From: an uncultured Rikenellaceae bacterium
GTDB lineage: Bacteria; Bacteroidota; Bacteroidia; Bacteroidales; VadinHA17
Reading direction: 5' to 3'
Assembly: GCA_964494045.1 (NCBI GenBank)
Contig: CAZBQM010000004.1
Span: 35-64,034, forward strand
DNA: 64,000 nucleotides
Shown here piece by piece: positions 37,461 to 46,383 of this stretch. Position 1 is the first letter of the stretch, and every line of letters starts with the position of its first letter. Position numbers and translations under genes: made by a program. The notes beneath the pieces are model-generated. The model was given only the letters and a program-made list of their open reading frames with translations. It was not told the DNA's origin and made no database searches.

Positions 37461-40400
37461 TTATTTTACAGAATTATTTCTGAGCTTAAACCTGAAGGAC
37501 CACCTGCCTTTGCGATCATTGCCTCCTTCAACCTCTTCCACCTTCCTACCCGACCATGATTTCAGCATCAGAGGCTGGAAAACCATCAGTCCAACCATAC
37601 TGAAAACAAGTCCGCCTATAGTCCCGGCAGCCAGTGCAAACCAGAACCTTTCATCCTTTCCTGTAAGCAGAAAGGGCACAAGCCCGATTATGGTGGCAAG
37701 ATTTGTCAGTATAATGGGTATGATCTTGCCGTTAAAAGCCTTTACATAAGCAACCCTTTCAGGCATCAGCGGCTTTCTCCTTCTAAGGCTGTTGAAGTCG
37801 TTAAGGATATATAATGTCGCGTTGACCACTATTCCGCATAGCAGGATAAAAGCCGCGAACACTCCTTCATCGGCAGGGACATTGAATAAGGGGAAAGTAA
37901 GAAAGACCCCGATAAAAGATAAGGGTATCAGGCATATTACCATAAATGGCTGACTGAATGATTCAAGAAGGATGGCACAGATAAAATAAATAATAAGTAT
38001 CACAAGCAGTATAAGATAGTAGTTTGACCTGGCTTCTTCCCACGAATATGAATACACACCGCTTCTTGCTGTGAATCCAAGCGGCAGAAGAGCATTTGTC
38101 TCGTCAATATTCCTGTCGAGTATCATCCTTCCAAGTTCACCATTGCCGACAAAATCAAATCCGACAGTCAGAATATACTGCTGGTTCTCCCTGCTGATGG
38201 TATTGTCGCTTATCTCCCTGGTGACTGTGGCAAAATTCTTAAGTTTGACGCTGTTTCCGGTACCAGTTCTGAGGGGAGCATTGTCGAGGCTCCAGAGATC
38301 GTAATCACCTGACTGCATCGACTTTATATTAACAGATATTCTCTCGCCTGCTATAAAAGCAGCCTGGAGTGTCCGTGTACTCCGCGAATATCTTTCAGCC
38401 TCCGTATAGGCAAAGGCTACATTGGTACCACTTTCAGCCAGGTAATATTTATCCATGCCAAGCCTGTTCCTGTAAACCTTTCTGTTCCTGCTTCCTATCA
38501 TATAATCTTCATATACCGCACCCAGAATGTAAACATCCTTTATCCTCCCCTTCCCGCTTTCAATAAGCCTTTCCCTGAGCGCCTCAGCATACCCGTAAAT
38601 CTGGTCGTAGTTATATCCATTCATTATCACCTTATAGGATGTCATGATATAGTCAGAATAAGTTTCATTGCTGAAGGCTTTTCCAACCCCCGATACTGAG
38701 GCATTATAGCTGCCTATCCCATTCATGTAATCTTCGATCCTGATTTTCAGAACAAAAGGGAAAATAGTAAAATCATGTTCGGGCCTGAAGTTTATGTTGA
38801 CAAGAGCCTCTTCGGCATTGTATATGTTAGTCGTGAACATGTCTATCTCATCATAGGAGGCCAGCATGTTCTCAAGTCCCGCGCATACATTATTAATATC
38901 CTCTGCAGTAAGTCCCTGTTCCGCAAGGTTTATACTGACACGGAGTGTTGTTCTCTGCAACTCGTCTGAACCTCCGTAATACCTGTACCTGCTGCCGGCC
39001 GTTTTCTCATTGAATAACCTCCATGTTCCTCCCAGTACCTTGTTGACAACCGGTTTTATGTCCTGCACGTATTTGCTGTTTCCCAGTGTCCGGTCATAAA
39101 ACCGGGTAAATCCGGTTTCCTGCTCTACCTCGGTGCTCCCCCGGTTTTCATCCTCACCAAGTTTATCGGGAAGAAAGAAAACAGGCAGACCGAACATTAA
39201 AATGGCAGCTGCAATAAGTATTTTCCTGTGCCGGGTTATAAACCCCATCGAAGCGAGATATTTTTCCGTGAACCTGACTATCCTTCTTCTGCGCCTTACC
39301 ACCATCTTACCTGATTCGCGATCGAGCCCGATCTTTTCAATAAGTGAGGGTATGAAGAACAGGGCAACGGCCAGAGATACCGTAAGGTTTATGATGACCA
39401 CTGCTGCAAAATCAGATAGTGTGATTCTGGAAGCTTCATCAAGGAAGAAGATGACTGCGAGAGCCCCGATGGTGGTTGCTGTAGCGGCAAGAAGCGAAAC
39501 AGCTACCCTGCGGTTACCCTGGTAACGCATATGATCGGCCATAACAATCGTGTTATTGATTATTATACCGAACGAGACCGTTATCCCGGCCAGGGAATAC
39601 AGGTGGATCTCCAGCCTGAAGAGATAGTAAAATATAAAGGCAATAAGTATGTTGGCAACAAGACTTATTGTGATTATCAGAAGGTATTTGAGTTCCCTGC
39701 TGATGGCAAGGACGAAAAGAAGGAGCAATACAACAGACAAAACTGATCTGAAGATATTCTTTGATATCTCTTTCTTCAGATACAATGTGTTGTCGGATGA
39801 GATGCGAATACTGTAGCCTGGCGGCAGATCCTTTTTCAACTGATCAATGACAGCCTTTACTTCTTCGGCAACCTTTATTGTATTCTCATTTCTCCCGGCG
39901 CTGATGGTAATATTAACAGTGTTCAGCCCGTTGATCCTGTAATAACTCTGAGGCTTCGAATCCTTGAGCTTCACAGAAGCGATATCAGTCAGATGAACTA
40001 TCCTTCCCCCGGCCTTTGCCACCGGGATCTTGTCCCATGAGAAACTGTCGTAACCGTTGCCTGTCAGGGTAAGATAGGTCCTCTTTCTGAGACCATCCTG
40101 CATTATCTCATCAGCCCCTCCAAGCTCCCTCTCAAGCAGATAGTTGTTTATTGCGGGACCAATAAGCGCTGATGAAAGGCCCAGTGCCTCAAGTTTCTCC
40201 TGATCGTACAGTACCTCCCATTCGCGTGGAGTGGCCCCGTAGACATTGACACTATATACCCCGGCAACCCGTGAAATGGCAGGTTTGACCATTTCCTCAG
40301 CAAGATTATATATATATGCAGTGCTTGCATTACCGTTAAGCTGGAGGCTCATTATCGATGAGCCCGACTCGTTCGATGGCATGTTCATCGAGATAACAGG

Positions 40401-40781
40401 ATATGATACCCTTTCCGGAAGTCTCTTTCTCGATTCCCTTAGCAGGGATGCCACCTCGAATCTTTTTGCGTTAAGATCGACATTCCTGTCAAACTCTACA
40501 GTTATATTACCTCCTCCGTTCCATGTCGACGATGTTATGTCTTTGACACCGGAAACTGTGGTAAGAACACCTTCAAGGTTCGTTGTCACCTCCTGCTCCA
40601 CCACCCTGACCGGCGCTTCGGGCCACGACCAGCTTATTGTAAGTGAAGGCAGGTAACGAGTAGGGTTAAGCTGAAGCGACAGCAATGGAATCATTGCCGC
40701 CCCGGTTATCATCAGCATAACAAAAATAATATTGACAGTGAATGCTGACAGTAAAGGCGCCGGTTGAGGATCGCTTCTCAT
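37461..40781 (-). CDS. RND efflux permease, first of a tandem pair
   Basis: 1106 aa with the same two-loop/12-TM layout. Lies 10 nt upstream of the second permease and overlaps the MFP gene by 4 nt. Confidence 0.88.
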   Translation of the reverse strand: MRSDPQPAPLLSAFTVNIIFVMLMITGAAMIPLLSLQLNPTRYLPSLTISWSWPEAPVRVVEQEVTTNLEGVLTTVSGVKDITSSTWNGGGNITVEFDRNVDLNAKRFEVASLLRESRKRLPERVSYPVISMNMPSNESGSSIMSLQLNGNASTAYIYNLAEEMVKPAISRVAGVYSVNVYGATPREWEVLYDQEKLEALGLSSALIGPAINNYLLERELGGADEIMQDGLRKRTYLTLTGNGYDSFSWDKIPVAKAGGRIVHLTDIASVKLKDSKPQSYYRINGLNTVNITISAGRNENTIKVAEEVKAVIDQLKKDLPPGYSIRISSDNTLYLKKEISKNIFRSVLSVVLLLLFVLAISRELKYLLIITISLVANILIAFIFYYLFRLEIHLYSLAGITVSFGIIINNTIVMADHMRYQGNRRVAVSLLAATATTIGALAVIFFLDEASRITLSDFAAVVIINLTVSLAVALFFIPSLIEKIGLDRESGKMVVRRRRRIVRFTEKYLASMGFITRHRKILIAAAILMFGLPVFFLPDKLGEDENRGSTEVEQETGFTRFYDRTLGNSKYVQDIKPVVNKVLGGTWRLFNEKTAGSRYRYYGGSDELQRTTLRVSINLAEQGLTAEDINNVCAGLENMLASYDEIDMFTTNIYNAEEALVNINFRPEHDFTIFPFVLKIRIEDYMNGIGSYNASVSGVGKAFSNETYSDYIMTSYKVIMNGYNYDQIYGYAEALRERLIESGKGRIKDVYILGAVYEDYMIGSRNRKVYRNRLGMDKYYLAESGTNVAFAYTEAERYSRSTRTLQAAFIAGERISVNIKSMQSGDYDLWSLDNAPLRTGTGNSVKLKNFATVTREISDNTISRENQQYILTVGFDFVGNGELGRMILDRNIDETNALLPLGFTARSGVYSYSWEEARSNYYLILLVILIIYFICAILLESFSQPFMVICLIPLSFIGVFLTFPLFNVPADEGVFAAFILLCGIVVNATLYILNDFNSLRRRKPLMPERVAYVKAFNGKIIPIILTNLATIIGLVPFLLTGKDERFWFALAAGTIGGLVFSMVGLMVFQPLMLKSWSGRKVEEVEGGNDRKGRWSFRFKLRNNSVK

Positions 40782-41833
40782 TCTTCCCGTACTATTGTCT
40801 CATGTGCAAGGTTAATATTGCCTGCCACAATTACCAGGTCACCCGGTTCAAGTCCTTCACTGACCGAAACACTGGTGCTGTTCTCATATTCTACCTTGAC
40901 ATATTTCCATATGGCCAGAGAATCCTGCCTTACAAAGATCACATCTTTACCCTGTCTTATTACAAGCGCTTCCTTGGGAACTACAAGACGCCCCGGAACA
41001 GGTTTCCTTATCACCACCCTCACATTCATGCCGTCGATAAGCTTTCCGTTGTTCCTGAATCCGGCCCTTATCTTTATCATCCCGGTCTCATCAACCTGCG
41101 GATTGATCTGCGTCACCGTCCCTGTTATTATCGTTGAATCATTAATAAAAGGTATTATATTAACCGGCATACCCTTTTCCAGAAACGAATATTCCGACTC
41201 GATGACAGGAAAGGTGACCTCCATCATCTCATCATTAATGATGGTGCAAAGGTTGGTGTACGACGAGGAAGGATTCCACTGTATGGCTTCCATGTTGGCA
41301 ACAGTACCGCTTATCGGGGCATAAAGCCTCGTGTTATCTAAGTTGTACCTGGCCAGATCAAGAGCCGTTTCTGCATCACCCAGTCCGCTTCTGATGCGGA
41401 TTACCCTTGTCCTCTCCGAGGGCATCGCCCCTGTGTCGGCAACAAGATACCTGCTGTAGAGTTCGTCCTGAAAGTTGATCTTTGCTTTTTCAAGGTTCAT
41501 TTCTGCCGTCTCCATACGCGACCTGTATTCAAAATCCTCAATGACGGCAAGCAGATCCCCTTCATTTACCTTCTGTCCGTTAACAATATTAAGCTCCCTT
41601 ATCATTCCACTTACCCTAAAAGGCACTATAGCCTTTAGTAAGGAAGTTACCTTCCCGTTGCTGATAAGTTCATGATAAAAAGTTGAAGCTACAAGTCTTT
41701 CAGTTCTTACAAGGACAGCTTCGGGACGTGATGACAACCTTGCCATCTCCTCAAGATCAGGGGCTTCCTTTTGCTTACACGAGAATAAAGTTACAGCAAG
41801 AACTAACAGGATTACAGGGTTCAGGTATTTCAT
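40778..41833 (-). CDS. RND periplasmic adaptor (membrane fusion protein, HlyD family), lipoprotein
   Basis: Lipobox LFSC. Lipoyl, alpha-hairpin and beta-barrel pattern. ATG at 41833 preferred over the GTG at 41842. Confidence 0.85.
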   Translation of the reverse strand: MKYLNPVILLVLAVTLFSCKQKEAPDLEEMARLSSRPEAVLVRTERLVASTFYHELISNGKVTSLLKAIVPFRVSGMIRELNIVNGQKVNEGDLLAVIEDFEYRSRMETAEMNLEKAKINFQDELYSRYLVADTGAMPSERTRVIRIRSGLGDAETALDLARYNLDNTRLYAPISGTVANMEAIQWNPSSSYTNLCTIINDEMMEVTFPVIESEYSFLEKGMPVNIIPFINDSTIITGTVTQINPQVDETGMIKIRAGFRNNGKLIDGMNVRVVIRKPVPGRLVVPKEALVIRQGKDVIFVRQDSLAIWKYVKVEYENSTSVSVSEGLEPGDLVIVAGNINLAHETIVREE

Positions 41834-42057
41834 AATAAACACAACTTGGTTAGAATTGGGGTTGAATTGGTTTTAAATTTAGATAATCATTTTCTAAATC
41901 CAAAGGAAAATTAACTAAATCTATCTCCAAATTACAAAAAATCTCCATGTCAGAAACACGGAGATACCCTCACGAACAAGAAGAATGCCGTGTAAGAGAA
42001 TGAAGATCAATTACTCATGGGTAAAAATATGGGGAAAGACATTCTGACCAGGCCCGA

Positions 42058-42489
42058 TCAGAACCAGCTTTGAGCCAGCTCCTTGCTGTCGTGCTGAAAG
42101 GCGCTTATCTCATACCATACCTTCCGGTCGCCGTCATTTTCAATCTGGTAACGCCAGTAACCTAACATCTCTGGTGCCTGGTAGACCCTTCTTATATATA
42201 GCCTGTCACCAGGTGTAAATTCACATTTTTTCGAATAGGCTGATATCTTTCCGTAAACAGAATCCTGGGTGGTCTTTATCCAGACTATGTGGGGGCCGCC
42301 AAAACTCTCGGGACCAGTGTAGCGATAATCAACAAAATCGCCTACATATTTCCTGGTCAGAAGAAGCTCATCCTCTCCAAGTATGTCGCTCCTGTCAATG
42401 GTGGCACACGAAAAGACAAGCATCAGGAAAAGCAGAAGGCCGGCTTTCCCGATTATATTCAAAATCAAATTATTGTCTCTGGATGTCAT
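42058..42489 (-). CDS. hypothetical lipoprotein
   Basis: 143 aa with hydrophobic leader and lipobox VFSC. No recognised domain. Confidence 0.6.
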   Translation of the reverse strand: MTSRDNNLILNIIGKAGLLLFLMLVFSCATIDRSDILGEDELLLTRKYVGDFVDYRYTGPESFGGPHIVWIKTTQDSVYGKISAYSKKCEFTPGDRLYIRRVYQAPEMLGYWRYQIENDGDRKVWYEISAFQHDSKELAQSWF

Positions 42490-42643
42490 AATTCAATGAT
42501 TCAGTATCCCGTAATCAACGTTGTTAATAAAGACTAAACTGTTACGAATTTATAAAATTGTTTCAAACATTAAAAACACTGTCTAGTTTCTGAGTGTAAA
42601 ATAATGTCATTCCGCTTCCTGCCTGTCCCCGGGTCAGGGATAT

Positions 42644-43072
42644 TCACCTATCATCCAGGGGAGTCAGGCTCTGACGGGTACCCATATATTCAAGCACTAT
42701 GTCTTTCAGAATATTGGCAAATCTGATATCTTTTACCTCCTCAGGTCTGAAGTACCGTGGATAGTCCCCCTCCAGAAGGGTTACTTTCTCAATCGGCAAA
42801 TCGAAAGGACCCGAGTATATATATTTTATATTGGGGTAAGCATCACCCTCGAGGCAGGTGTATTTCTTAAAGAACCTGAATTCCTTCAGATCAAAGTCAA
42901 GTTCTTCCTTCACTTCCCTTTTAAGAGCCTGTTCAGGAGTCTCACCTTCTTCCACATGACCGCCTATCAGGTCCCAGTGAGCAGGAAAAGGTATCCCGGG
43001 CTTATCATCCCTCATATAAAAAAGGAACTCACCCTTTTTGTTTTCAAGTATTATTGCAGCAATCTCTTTCAT
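42644..43072 (-). CDS. NUDIX hydrolase
   Basis: Nudix box GGHVEEGETPEQALKREVKEELD. I start at the ATG at 43072 (MKEIAAIILENK). The longer ORF-track version to 43252 reads through microsatellites. Confidence 0.85.
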   Translation of the reverse strand: MKEIAAIILENKKGEFLFYMRDDKPGIPFPAHWDLIGGHVEEGETPEQALKREVKEELDFDLKEFRFFKKYTCLEGDAYPNIKYIYSGPFDLPIEKVTLLEGDYPRYFRPEEVKDIRFANILKDIVLEYMGTRQSLTPLDDR

Positions 43073-43077
43073 TAAAG

Positions 43078-43098
43078 AAAAGACAAAAGACAAAAGAC
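43078..43098. repeat. (AAAAGAC)x3 heptanucleotide tandem repeat in the NUDIX 5' leader
   Basis: Three exact units plus a degenerate fourth (aaaagta). On the minus strand, caaaagta at 43098-43105 reads TACTTTTG, a TAnnTTTG box 26 nt upstream of the NUDIX ATG. Confidence 0.9.
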
Positions 43099-43173
43099 AA
43101 AAGTAAAAAGTATGTATATATATAAATATTAAGTATATATATGATATATGTATGAATTTAACTTTGAAACTCT

Positions 43174-43215
43174 GGAACAAGGAACAAGGAACAAGGAACA
43201 AGGAACAAGGAACAA
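43174..43215. repeat. (GGAACAA)x6 heptanucleotide tandem repeat
   Basis: Six exact consecutive units counted by hand. Intergenic, about 100-140 bp upstream of the NUDIX start on the minus strand. Confidence 0.95.
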
Positions 43216-43280
43216 GAACCGAAGCAAAACCGAGCTCGCCGAAGGCAAACAAGAAACCCTATCTTTTCTACACTTGTGAT

Positions 43281-43307
43281 TTTTGTCTTTTGTCTTTTAT
43301 CTTGTTC
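43281..43307. repeat. (TTTTGTC)x2 plus degenerate units, inverted relative to 43078-43098
   Basis: The run ttttgtc ttttgtc ttttatc ttgttcc is the reverse complement of the AAAAGAC-type units. The last unit, ttgttcc, is the reverse complement of GGAACAA. Overlaps the stop of the upstream TIM-barrel gene. Confidence 0.8.
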
Positions 43308-44142
43308 CCCTCAAAACTCCCTTCCAGTAGCCTATCGACTCAGCCAGTCCGGCAAGAGGATCCTTCATATCCTTCTCAAATTCAAGGCTGCATTTTCCTG
43401 AATAACCGATCTTCCTCAGCGATGCCACCACCTTTGGTATGTCAATAATTCCCCTTCCGCTTTCAACCGTTTTCCCCTCCTTCGAAGGTTTGTCAACATC
43501 TTTGATATGAACATCATAGATCCTGGCTGCATATTTCATGATATCTTCCGACGGATCCTGTCCGTCGCGTGTTGTATGGCCTATATCTATACAGATACCT
43601 ATCCTGCTGTCGAGATCCTTCACGTGGTTCCAGATATCGGCCGCGTTGGGATACAGGGGATTGTCTGGACCATGATTGTGGATGGCAAGCCTTATGTTGT
43701 ATTTCCTTACTTTCTCCTCAACATAGGGCAGCAATTCATAGTTTGGGGCGCAGACCATCATATCCTTACCGGCCATGCTTGTATATTCAAAGGCCTGGTC
43801 GACCGATTCCTTTGTTTTCATATACACCACGCCCACAGTATATACATTTATTCCTCCCTCACTGAATTTTGCCAGGATGCTATGAATGGCTTCCCTGGTG
43901 CTGTCCATGGGCATATGGAAATCTTTAAGCGACAGGTTTGAGACACCGATCCTGTTCATCATGGCAATGGTCTGGTCAACTGAGAATTCCCTGAAGCTAT
44001 AGCCCGCTATACCCAGCGAAAACTTCTCATCTTCTGTTTCAGCGCCGATGCCGTGTAATGGATTTGCACCTGCAAAAGGTACCACACCTGCAGCAAGCAT
44101 CCCTGTTCCTGCAATCCTGATAAACTGACGACGTGATTTCAT
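43297..44142 (-). CDS. xylose-isomerase-like TIM-barrel protein (sugar phosphate isomerase/epimerase family) with Tat signal
   Basis: Start chosen at the ATG at 44142, giving MKSRRQFIRIAGTGMLAAGVVPFAGA (twin-arginine motif). Internal IRLAIHNHG-type motif. Confidence 0.8.
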   Translation of the reverse strand: MKSRRQFIRIAGTGMLAAGVVPFAGANPLHGIGAETEDEKFSLGIAGYSFREFSVDQTIAMMNRIGVSNLSLKDFHMPMDSTREAIHSILAKFSEGGINVYTVGVVYMKTKESVDQAFEYTSMAGKDMMVCAPNYELLPYVEEKVRKYNIRLAIHNHGPDNPLYPNAADIWNHVKDLDSRIGICIDIGHTTRDGQDPSEDIMKYAARIYDVHIKDVDKPSKEGKTVESGRGIIDIPKVVASLRKIGYSGKCSLEFEKDMKDPLAGLAESIGYWKGVLRGTR

Positions 44143-44172
44143 ATATGACAGAGTTGGTTTGTAATGACAGTC

Positions 44173-44201
44173 TGACCGGCTGGCGTTCCGCCAGCCGGTC
44201 A
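44173..44201. other. perfect 13-bp GC-rich hairpin (tgaccggctggcg-ttc-cgccagccggtca)
   Basis: Hand-verified perfect inverted repeat between the LTA-synthase-like stop and the TIM-barrel start. No adjacent T-run on either strand. Confidence 0.8.
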
Positions 44202-44258
44202 TCAGGTTCAACCAAAGATAGTAAATGTTTTTAAACCCTCATATATGTGTTATTTACT

Positions 44259-46199
44259 TCAGGGGGTCAGTCTGTTATCGAGCATTCTTTCGTTATACGA
44301 CTGAATGACAGCCTTTAGCAGATTTTCCATGTCCGGCTGAATATCAGGTTCCTTTCCCAGAAGGTTTGATTCAAGCAATTTGTCGTTGCGGTAATTGTAA
44401 AGAGCTACAGGCTTCGTGTCTATCATTTCAAGCAGATGGTCCTTCATATAAAGATGATAGGTGCTCCCCGCAGTATTGAAGGCAAAAGACATACCTGAGT
44501 CATTGAACAGATCATTTCCGAATGCAATATATTCACCCTCATAACCAAGATAATTCAGAACAGTAGGCATGATGTCAATCTGCTGTGCAATCCTTTCCTT
44601 CCTGCCCCTGAGCTCACTACCGGGTTTGTAAAAGATAATGGGGATGCTGTAAGTACCGAAGTTATTCAGGTATTCCTTATGTATCAGCTCATTTGTATGA
44701 TCGGCCGTAATAATGAAAAGAGTGTTCGCGAACCACGGAGCCGTGGCGGCCTTTTTAAAGAACTCCCTGAGGGCGAAATCGGTATAACCGACGACCTCTA
44801 CGACGGGTGCCGGTCCTTTTCTGAATCTGTCCTTGTACTTCTCCGGGACCTTGAAAGGATGGTGTGATGAGACTGTAAACACAGAGGCAAGAAAGGGTTC
44901 TCTGAACTCATTCAGCTTGTCGGCAAAGAATCCGAGGAAGGGCTCATCCCACACACCCCAGATGCCGTCAAAATCATTCCTGTCGGGATACTGATCCAGT
45001 CCGAAGTAGTCATCAAAACCAACCAGACGTGCAAAGGAATCAAAGCCCATGGATCCGTTGGGGGCACCATGAAAGAATGCCGAGTAATAGCCCTTTTCCC
45101 TGAGAAGTCCGGGCAGTCCGTTAATAAGGTTATTTGCATAATGCGATATCGTATAGGGAGTCTCAAGCGAAGGTATCGACGCGAATACCGAAGGCATGGC
45201 CTCTATCGACTTCTTACCGTTGGCTATTGACACATCGAATGTAAGACTCACATCAAGAAGTGAATCAATAAAAGGAGTATATCCCTGGTATGTACCGCCG
45301 TCAAGATCCCTGTTTAGTGCCCCGATATACTCACGGGCAAAACTCTCGAGAATTATAATGACTACATTCTCCTTCCTGAATGATCCTCCTGAAGATGGAC
45401 CATAATGAGTATTATAAAGGGATGCCAGCTCATCATCGTTGTAAAACTTATAGCGTGTAAGGGTTTTCTTTCCGAAGGTCCTTATGATACTGAAGGGGGT
45501 ATTAAGGACTATTGCCACCTCACGGGGATTTCTGACAAACCTGGTGGCATTGCTGATGGTAATGGGCCGGGTCGAATGTCTGACTCCCCCCCTGGCACCG
45601 GCAACAGTGAGCCCTGCCAGAAGTGCAGTAAGTACCAGGTTTACTCCATGATAGATTATTACCTTTGATGGATTGGGTTTTACAGGTTTCACCCTTCTGT
45701 ACAGGAAGAAAATAAGGAAAAACAGAATGAAGGTAAAAAGCACCACAGGCCAGTAGTCGATCTGAAACTTAAAGAACAGCTTAACAAAATTGTCTTCATT
45801 CTTAAAGGTACCGAAGATATCGGAAGTCGCCCTCTTGTCAACAAACCTGTAGTAGATGAAATCCGCGTTGTTCGCGGCGAGTGCAAGAAAATTGGTCAGA
45901 TAATAAAGATACCCGGTCACTCTCTGATAAACTTCGTTATACCTGATATCAAACGGTATGATATGAAGGAATATGAATAGAATATTAATATAGATTACCG
46001 CGGAGATATCGAAAAGCAGGCCTCCTTTCATTATGTTCAGAAACTCACCAAAACCAGGTTCGGGGAACATGCTTTTATTGAAGATATAGAAAGCTATCCT
46101 GCATATTGAATAGGCCAGCATGATAATTGCCAGTCTGTAGAGCAGGACAGCGAAAATATTCCTCGACAGCAGCTGTTTTTTCATCTTCAGGATGTTCAT
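44259..46199 (-). CDS. LTA synthase family protein / membrane-anchored sulfatase-like phosphoglycerol transferase
   Basis: 646 aa. Five N-terminal TM helices, then an alkaline-phosphatase-superfamily domain (NVVIIILESF..., FIITADHTNE). Confidence 0.82.
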   Translation of the reverse strand: MNILKMKKQLLSRNIFAVLLYRLAIIMLAYSICRIAFYIFNKSMFPEPGFGEFLNIMKGGLLFDISAVIYINILFIFLHIIPFDIRYNEVYQRVTGYLYYLTNFLALAANNADFIYYRFVDKRATSDIFGTFKNEDNFVKLFFKFQIDYWPVVLFTFILFFLIFFLYRRVKPVKPNPSKVIIYHGVNLVLTALLAGLTVAGARGGVRHSTRPITISNATRFVRNPREVAIVLNTPFSIIRTFGKKTLTRYKFYNDDELASLYNTHYGPSSGGSFRKENVVIIILESFAREYIGALNRDLDGGTYQGYTPFIDSLLDVSLTFDVSIANGKKSIEAMPSVFASIPSLETPYTISHYANNLINGLPGLLREKGYYSAFFHGAPNGSMGFDSFARLVGFDDYFGLDQYPDRNDFDGIWGVWDEPFLGFFADKLNEFREPFLASVFTVSSHHPFKVPEKYKDRFRKGPAPVVEVVGYTDFALREFFKKAATAPWFANTLFIITADHTNELIHKEYLNNFGTYSIPIIFYKPGSELRGRKERIAQQIDIMPTVLNYLGYEGEYIAFGNDLFNDSGMSFAFNTAGSTYHLYMKDHLLEMIDTKPVALYNYRNDKLLESNLLGKEPDIQPDMENLLKAVIQSYNERMLDNRLTP

Positions 46200-46324
46200 T
46201 TAAGTCCGGCCTGGGTTTCCGCCCGGCCACAAAAGCTACAAATTTATAAAAAGGCTTCAGACCTTATTCATCCTGAAGAATTTTTAGAATTATCAGAGTC
46301 TTTTGAGCCAGCTTTGATGAAAGG

Positions 46325-46363
46325 AATAAAAAAAGCCGGATCACTCATAAGATAACCCGGCTT
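46325..46363 (-). terminator. rho-independent terminator after the YIP1-like gene
   Basis: The minus strand reads aagccgg-(17 nt)-ccggctt followed by ttttttatt. Confidence 0.55.
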
Positions 46364-46383
46364 GCATTTTTTTATGCAGTAAA

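Noticed and set aside
36912-37559. 215-aa plus-strand ORF spanning the junction of the two RND permease genes
   Set aside because: It is antisense to both permeases, is Ser/Ile/Leu-rich, and has no start context or motifs.
42604-42650. Possible second copy of the 60602-60751 palindromic element
   Set aside because: Only the 10-mer tgtcattccg is shared and the following sequence does not align. That is too little to call a repeat family without a genome-wide search.
43073-43252. N-terminal extension of the NUDIX ORF (the 202-aa version in the ORF track)
   Set aside because: The extension translates microsatellites (LVPCSLFLVPCSLF) and a TA-rich tract. The conserved NUDIX fold begins at the internal Met (43072), which also has a TAnnTTTG box 26 nt upstream.
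44143-44211. N-terminal extension of the TIM-barrel ORF
   Set aside because: The extension runs through the perfect 13-bp hairpin and precedes a textbook twin-arginine leader that starts at the Met at 44142.
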